Of a stretch of 64,000 nt of DNA, positions 59,663-64,000 are shown piece after piece. The DNA is from Candidatus Omnitrophota bacterium (GTDB lineage: Bacteria > Omnitrophota > Gorgyraeia > Zapsychrales > JBAZNR01). Below the pieces are notes generated by a model that saw only the letters and a list, made by a program, of their open reading frames with translations, was not told the origin of the DNA and did not search any database. Position 1 is the first letter of the stretch. Each line of letters starts with the position of its first letter. Location: NCBI GenBank assembly GCA_041649175.1, contig JBAZNR010000001.1, forward strand, positions 1,039,497 through 1,103,496, given 5' to 3'. The position numbers were made by a program, and so were the translations under genes.

Positions 59663-59692
59663 GGTACTTTAAGGTTTTTTCTTCATTTTCTT

Positions 59693-60655
59693 ATGTTTAA
59701 ACGAATACTAAAATATATTATTCTTGTCATCCTTTGCGTAGTCGGGTATTTGTCTACGTTTGGTTGGCATTTTCAGAAGAGTTCTGCCGGAGTTTATTCC
59801 TCTCAAGAAGAATCTCTGGCTGAATCCTTAGAAAGACACGTCTACGCCTTGTCCCATGATATCGGCTGGCGTAGTGTTGCTGAATATGAAAATCTGCAAA
59901 GATCCTACCAATATATCGCTGATCAATTTAAACAATTTGGATTAGAGGTATCAACCCAAGAGATCAGCGTGGATGGAAAAAGTACGTATAATATCATTGC
60001 GGAGAAAAAAGGCTTTAAGCATCCTGAGGCGGTTATCATCGTCGGAGCTAATTATGATACTTATTCCAATCCTGGAGCGAACAACAATGCAAGTGGGGTG
60101 TCGGCCTTAATCGAACTGGCGCGCATTTTTTCCGCGCAATTTCCGGAAACAACAATTCGTTTCGTAGCTTTTGTGAATAAAGAACCCCCCTTTGCCGGGA
60201 CGGACCAGATGGGAAGCATGGCCTATGTCAAGCTTGTCAAGGAAACAAAGCAACCCATCGAGGCGGTCATTATTATGGATGGGATTGGCTGCTATTCCTA
60301 TAAAGACTACTCGCAAAGATACTTTCCGTTTTTGGGATTATTTTATCCGGATAAGGGAAATTTTGTCATGGCATCGTCAAACATTAATTCCGCGGGACTT
60401 TTGAAAACAGTGATGGCAGCCTTCCGCAAAAAAACATCTTTCCCTATTCGATGGTCTGTCGCTTTCGATTTTGTTGATTCTGATCACCGTGTGTTTTGGC
60501 GGGAAAAATATCCTGCCGTTTTGATCAGCGATACAGGGTCTTACCGCAACAAGCATTTCCACAGTCTTTCGGATACTTATGAGAAGCTTAATTTCCGTAA
60601 TATGTCTCAGGTGACTTATGGAATAGCCGCTGTTTTGCGAGTGCTCGCCTGGTAA
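59693..60655 (+). CDS. M28-family peptidase (aminopeptidase-like), secreted or membrane-anchored
   Basis: N-terminal TM/signal segment. M28-type metal ligand blocks are present (IIVGANYDT, NNNASGVSALIELAR, DGIGC). Confidence 0.75.
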   Translation: MFKRILKYIILVILCVVGYLSTFGWHFQKSSAGVYSSQEESLAESLERHVYALSHDIGWRSVAEYENLQRSYQYIADQFKQFGLEVSTQEISVDGKSTYNIIAEKKGFKHPEAVIIVGANYDTYSNPGANNNASGVSALIELARIFSAQFPETTIRFVAFVNKEPPFAGTDQMGSMAYVKLVKETKQPIEAVIIMDGIGCYSYKDYSQRYFPFLGLFYPDKGNFVMASSNINSAGLLKTVMAAFRKKTSFPIRWSVAFDFVDSDHRVFWREKYPAVLISDTGSYRNKHFHSLSDTYEKLNFRNMSQVTYGIAAVLRVLAW

Positions 60656-60711
60656 GACAAAATAGACAAAGAAGGCTTGGGTTATTTTTATCCGCCTTAA
60701 CGCTTTTAGCC

Positions 60712-60740
60712 TTGACTATTTGAGGGATGAATAGTATAAT
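60712..60740 (+). promoter_or_regulatory. Consensus sigma70 promoter of rpsO-pnp
   Basis: TTGACT at 60712-60717, a 17-nt spacer, then TATAAT at 60735-60740. A ~63-nt leader precedes the rpsO start. Confidence 0.7.
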
Positions 60741-60803
60741 TGCTTGAAAATTAAGGAATAACGTCAAACAGATCACAGCTTTAGACAAGGAGGAAAGAAA
60801 CAA

Positions 60804-61073
60804 TTGGCTTTAGTTAAAGAAAAAAAGACCGAGATCATTGATAATTTTAAGGTTCATACGAAAGATACCGGCTCTGCCGCAGTTCAGATTGCCGTTTTAA
60901 CCGAAAAAATCAACTATCTCTCTGAACATTTTAAAGTTCACAAGAAAGATTTTCATTCCCGCAGGGGGCTTCTGATGATGATTGGAAAAAGACGCCGTCT
61001 TTTGACCTTCCTCAAAAAATCCGACCCTAAGAAATACGAAGAAACAATCAATAAGCTCAATTTACGTAAGTGA
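60804..61073 (+). CDS. rpsO: 30S ribosomal protein S15 (TTG start)
   Basis: 89 aa with the S15 core ([17 protein letters not shown]). A GGAGG RBS is present. Confidence 0.92.
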   Translation: MALVKEKKTEIIDNFKVHTKDTGSAAVQIAVLTEKINYLSEHFKVHKKDFHSRRGLLMMIGKRRRLLTFLKKSDPKKYEETINKLNLRK

Positions 61074-61083
61074 GGTTTATTTT

Positions 61084-63180
61084 ATGGAGTTACAACGCGT
61101 TGAGATTCCTTTCGGATCTCAAAATCTGATTATTGAAACAGGAAAATTTGCCAAGCAGGCCAATGGTGCGGTGACCGTAACGTACGGAGGCACCGTTGTT
61201 CTGGTAACCGCTTGTATGTCAAAAGACAAGCGAGAGGGCATTGATTTCTTTCCTCTTACCGTTGAATATCAAGAAAAAACATATGCCGCTGGGCGCATTC
61301 CCGGTGGATTTTTTAAGCGAGAAGGACGCCCAACCGAAAGCGCGATCCTTGCTTCTCGCGTTATTGACAGGCCGATCCGTCCGTTGTTCCCTAAGGGTTT
61401 TTTGAATGATGTTCAAGTTGTTGCCTTGGTTTTAAGTAGCGATGGCGAACATGACCCGGATATCTTAGGGGTTGTTGGAGCTTCAGCAGCGCTTATGATC
61501 TCGGATATTCCTTTTGACGGGCCGATCGGGGCGCTTCGCGTAGCGTGGGTGGATGAACAGATGGTCATTAACCCGACTTATGTGCAAAGGGACGCAAGTC
61601 TTTTAGATTTGATCATCGTCGGTGGAAAAGACGGAGTTGTCATGATCGAAGGCGAAGCTAAAGAAGCCTCGGAAGAAAAGATCTTAGAAGCTATTCGTTT
61701 TGGCTTTGATAAATTGCAGGCTGTTTGTTCAATGCAGCAGGAACTTGCAAAAGCGGTTGGCTTAAAGAAAGCAAAAGTTGAACTAGAAGAGGTTGATCCA
61801 AAATTCCTCAAAAAGGTCGAAGAATTATCTGTCGGAAAGCTTTCTCAGATCTACAAGATTTCTGATAAAGAAGGCCGTGAAGAAGCGTTAGATCTATTAG
61901 CAAAAGAACTTACCAAAGATTTAACCATTTTCGACGCATTTAAAACAGACGGAAAAGAAATTACGGCCGGGCAGGTTAAGGCGATCTTGCATGAAATTGA
62001 AGCGCATCAGGTCCGCCACATTATTTTAAGCGAAAAACGAAGAATTGATGGGCGCGGGCTAAAAGACATTCGTTCCATTTCTTGTGAAACGAATATTTTG
62101 CCCAGAACTCATGGTTCCGGCTTGTTCACCCGCGGTCAAACGCAAAGTTTAGCGATCGCAACTTTAGGTACGCGCAGTGATGAGCAGATCATCGAAGACT
62201 TGGAAGGCAAGTCGAAGAAAACATTCATGCTCCATTATAATTTTCCGTCGTTTAGCGTCGGAGAAACGCGTCCGATGCGCGGTCCTGGCCGCCGTGAGAT
62301 CGGCCATGGCGCTTTAGCGGAAAAAGCCATTCGAGCTATTATTCCTAACAAGGAAGAATTTCCTTATACGATTCGCATTGTTTCTGAAGTTTTAGAATCC
62401 AACGGTTCTTCCAGCATGGCGACTGTTTGCGCCGGGACACTTTGCCTTATGGACGCGGGCGTTCCTATCAAAGACGCTGTAGCCGGAATATCGGTCGGGT
62501 TAGTTACTAAGGATAAAGAAGCTGTTTTGCTTACGGATATTATGGGCGTTGAAGATCATTTTGGCGATATGGATTTCAAAATTGCCGGAACTCGCAAGGG
62601 AATAACGGCTATTCAGCTGGACCTTAAGATCAAAGGGATCAGCATTGACCTTTTGACGCAAGGGATGCAACAAGCCAAAGATGCTAGGTTCATTATTTTA
62701 GATAAAATGCACGCAGCGATTTCTGCGCCGCGCGCTGAGCTCTCTTTATACGCGCCGCGTATCACAAAACTGCATATCAATCCGGAAAAGATCGGCGATG
62801 TCATCGGCCCCGGAGGAAAAATTATTAAGAAAATCATTGAAGAAACGGGTGTTTCCATTGATATTGAAGATGATGGAACAGTTTTAGTGGCTTCCACTAA
62901 CCAGGAAAGTTCTCAGAAAGCGATCGGCATCATCAAAGGCTTAACGGAAGAGGTCGTTGTTGGGACCATTTACCACGCAAAGGTCAAGCGTGTTGTGAAT
63001 TTCGGCGCTTTTTGTGAGATCTTGCCCGGCAAAGAAGGACTTGTTCATGTTTCTGAATTGTCGAATACTTTTGTCAAAGATGTAACAAAGGTTGTTAAAG
63101 TTGGCGACGAGTTCAAAGTAAAAGTCATAGAAATTGATGAATTGAATAGGGTGAACTTAAGCAAAAAACAGGCTGAATGA
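61084..63180 (+). CDS. pnp: Polynucleotide phosphorylase
   Basis: Two RNase PH domains followed by KH and S1 domains. Length is 698 aa. It follows rpsO, as in the canonical operon. Confidence 0.94.
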   Translation: MELQRVEIPFGSQNLIIETGKFAKQANGAVTVTYGGTVVLVTACMSKDKREGIDFFPLTVEYQEKTYAAGRIPGGFFKREGRPTESAILASRVIDRPIRPLFPKGFLNDVQVVALVLSSDGEHDPDILGVVGASAALMISDIPFDGPIGALRVAWVDEQMVINPTYVQRDASLLDLIIVGGKDGVVMIEGEAKEASEEKILEAIRFGFDKLQAVCSMQQELAKAVGLKKAKVELEEVDPKFLKKVEELSVGKLSQIYKISDKEGREEALDLLAKELTKDLTIFDAFKTDGKEITAGQVKAILHEIEAHQVRHIILSEKRRIDGRGLKDIRSISCETNILPRTHGSGLFTRGQTQSLAIATLGTRSDEQIIEDLEGKSKKTFMLHYNFPSFSVGETRPMRGPGRREIGHGALAEKAIRAIIPNKEEFPYTIRIVSEVLESNGSSSMATVCAGTLCLMDAGVPIKDAVAGISVGLVTKDKEAVLLTDIMGVEDHFGDMDFKIAGTRKGITAIQLDLKIKGISIDLLTQGMQQAKDARFIILDKMHAAISAPRAELSLYAPRITKLHINPEKIGDVIGPGGKIIKKIIEETGVSIDIEDDGTVLVASTNQESSQKAIGIIKGLTEEVVVGTIYHAKVKRVVNFGAFCEILPGKEGLVHVSELSNTFVKDVTKVVKVGDEFKVKVIEIDELNRVNLSKKQAE

Positions 63181-64000
63181 CACGTCAATACGTTAACGAA
63201 ATTAAAGCCATCGTTATTTTGGCGGCTGCTGTTATTCTATTCTTGAGCTTCGTTTCGTTTGTTCCCGAAGACCTCTCTTGGTATACCTCGCATCCGAATG
63301 TTCCTGCCAAAAATCTCATTCGCATCGTCGGCGCTTATGCGGCCGGAACTCTATTTTTCATATTTGGATATAGCGCGTATGCGGTTACTCTTTTCCTATT
63401 TTTCTGGGGATGGAATAAGATCTCTTCTTTAGATCTGCGTTTCTCATTTTCTAAAGGTGTGAGCTTTATAACACTTTTGTGCGTCTTAAGCTCTTTGTTC
63501 AGTATGGTTGGCAGCCAGGTTTCTTCGCTTCGTTTCCAACGTTCGGGGCTTGTGGGATTTTTTATTTCCGATTTCTTTGTTCAGTATTTTGGGCGCGTTG
63601 GTGCGTATATCTTTTTGATTCTCTTTGGCATGGTGGCTCTTATTCTGATCGGTGAATTTCTTATTTCACCTTTCTTGTTTAAAGTCTCCGGTGCTGTTAA
63701 AGATTCTATGGGGATCATCAAAGATAAAGTTCAAGACGGCAAAGAAAAGGCTTCTTTGTTCCGTCCTCGCGTTCAGGAAAAAGAGGACGCAAAACAAAAG
63801 GCGCCGCCCAAATCGCTTTTTCCTCAAAAAGAAAAACCTGCTAAAGAAAATCAAAAAGATGTTAAGGCGCCTGCTGAGCCCAAGCCTGCTTTTAAAGATT
63901 CAGCCAAGCCCAATATTCGTGTTGCTGCGCCTCCCGTGAAAGAGGAGCGCTCAGCTCTCATTTCGAAGCCGCGTACTGTTGGCGAATACCATTTACCTTC
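63177..64000 (+). CDS. ftsK: DNA translocase FtsK, N-terminal membrane domain and linker (3' end lies outside the window)
   Basis: Four TM helices followed by a Lys/Pro-rich linker. The open frame runs to the window end. The ATGA overlap with pnp suggests coupling. The call rests on architecture only, so confidence is moderate. Confidence 0.55.
   Translation, partial: MTRQYVNEIKAIVILAAAVILFLSFVSFVPEDLSWYTSHPNVPAKNLIRIVGAYAAGTLFFIFGYSAYAVTLFLFFWGWNKISSLDLRFSFSKGVSFITLLCVLSSLFSMVGSQVSSLRFQRSGLVGFFISDFFVQYFGRVGAYIFLILFGMVALILIGEFLISPFLFKVSGAVKDSMGIIKDKVQDGKEKASLFRPRVQEKEDAKQKAPPKSLFPQKEKPAKENQKDVKAPAEPKPAFKDSAKPNIRVAAPPVKEERSALISKPRTVGEYHLP

Overview
This 64 kb window reads as a compact, gene-dense bacterial chromosomal segment (about 40-45% GC, short or overlapping intergenic gaps) made up almost entirely of housekeeping genes. 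All genes except rpmB lie on the + strand. In order, the window contains uppS (3' end), cdsA, dxr, rseP, an orphan CpaF/TadA-type secretion ATPase, proS, rimP, nusA, infB, trpS, scpA, ruvB, a DUF2905 small membrane protein, a SpoIID/LytB-domain protein and queA. Next comes an Rrf2(NsrR-like)-nirK-nnrS nitrite/NO module with palindromic operator-like sites. This is followed by tgt, trmD, rplS, rnhB, yraN, an FTCD_C cyclodeaminase-like protein, folD, a degenerate oxidoreductase-fold protein, a TPR protein, polA, glgA, coaE, rho, rpmE, prfA, prmC and murA. The trp genes trpGDCF and trpBA are separated by a 3.75 kb insert. The insert carries a PolB-exo-like DEDDy exonuclease, a GC-rich structured small RNA with its own promoter and terminators, and a Zn-ribbon protein-M20 peptidase-DUF457-DUF3108 operon. 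Downstream of trpA lie an M16 peptidase, an alpha/beta-hydrolase and a strongly promoted 55-aa basic ORF. These are followed by rsfS (which lacks a canonical start codon), argS, recJ and rpmB on the - strand. Then come a UvrD helicase fused to a Cas4/AddB-type Fe-S nuclease with an apparently leaderless start, a second small protein, gpmI and a family-4 UDG. A polysaccharide deacetylase, GT-C glycosyltransferase and PAS-GGDEF cluster follows. The window ends with an M28 peptidase, rpsO, pnp and the 5' end of ftsK. I recognised no tRNA or rRNA genes, CRISPR arrays, transposases or integrases. The items most worth follow-up are the unassigned structured sRNA inside the trp insert, the small-protein loci with consensus promoters, the NsrR-like operator pair, and several atypical proteins: a ProS without an INS domain, a degenerate Rossmann protein coupled to folD, the helicase-nuclease fusion, and rsfS with a probable non-AUG start.
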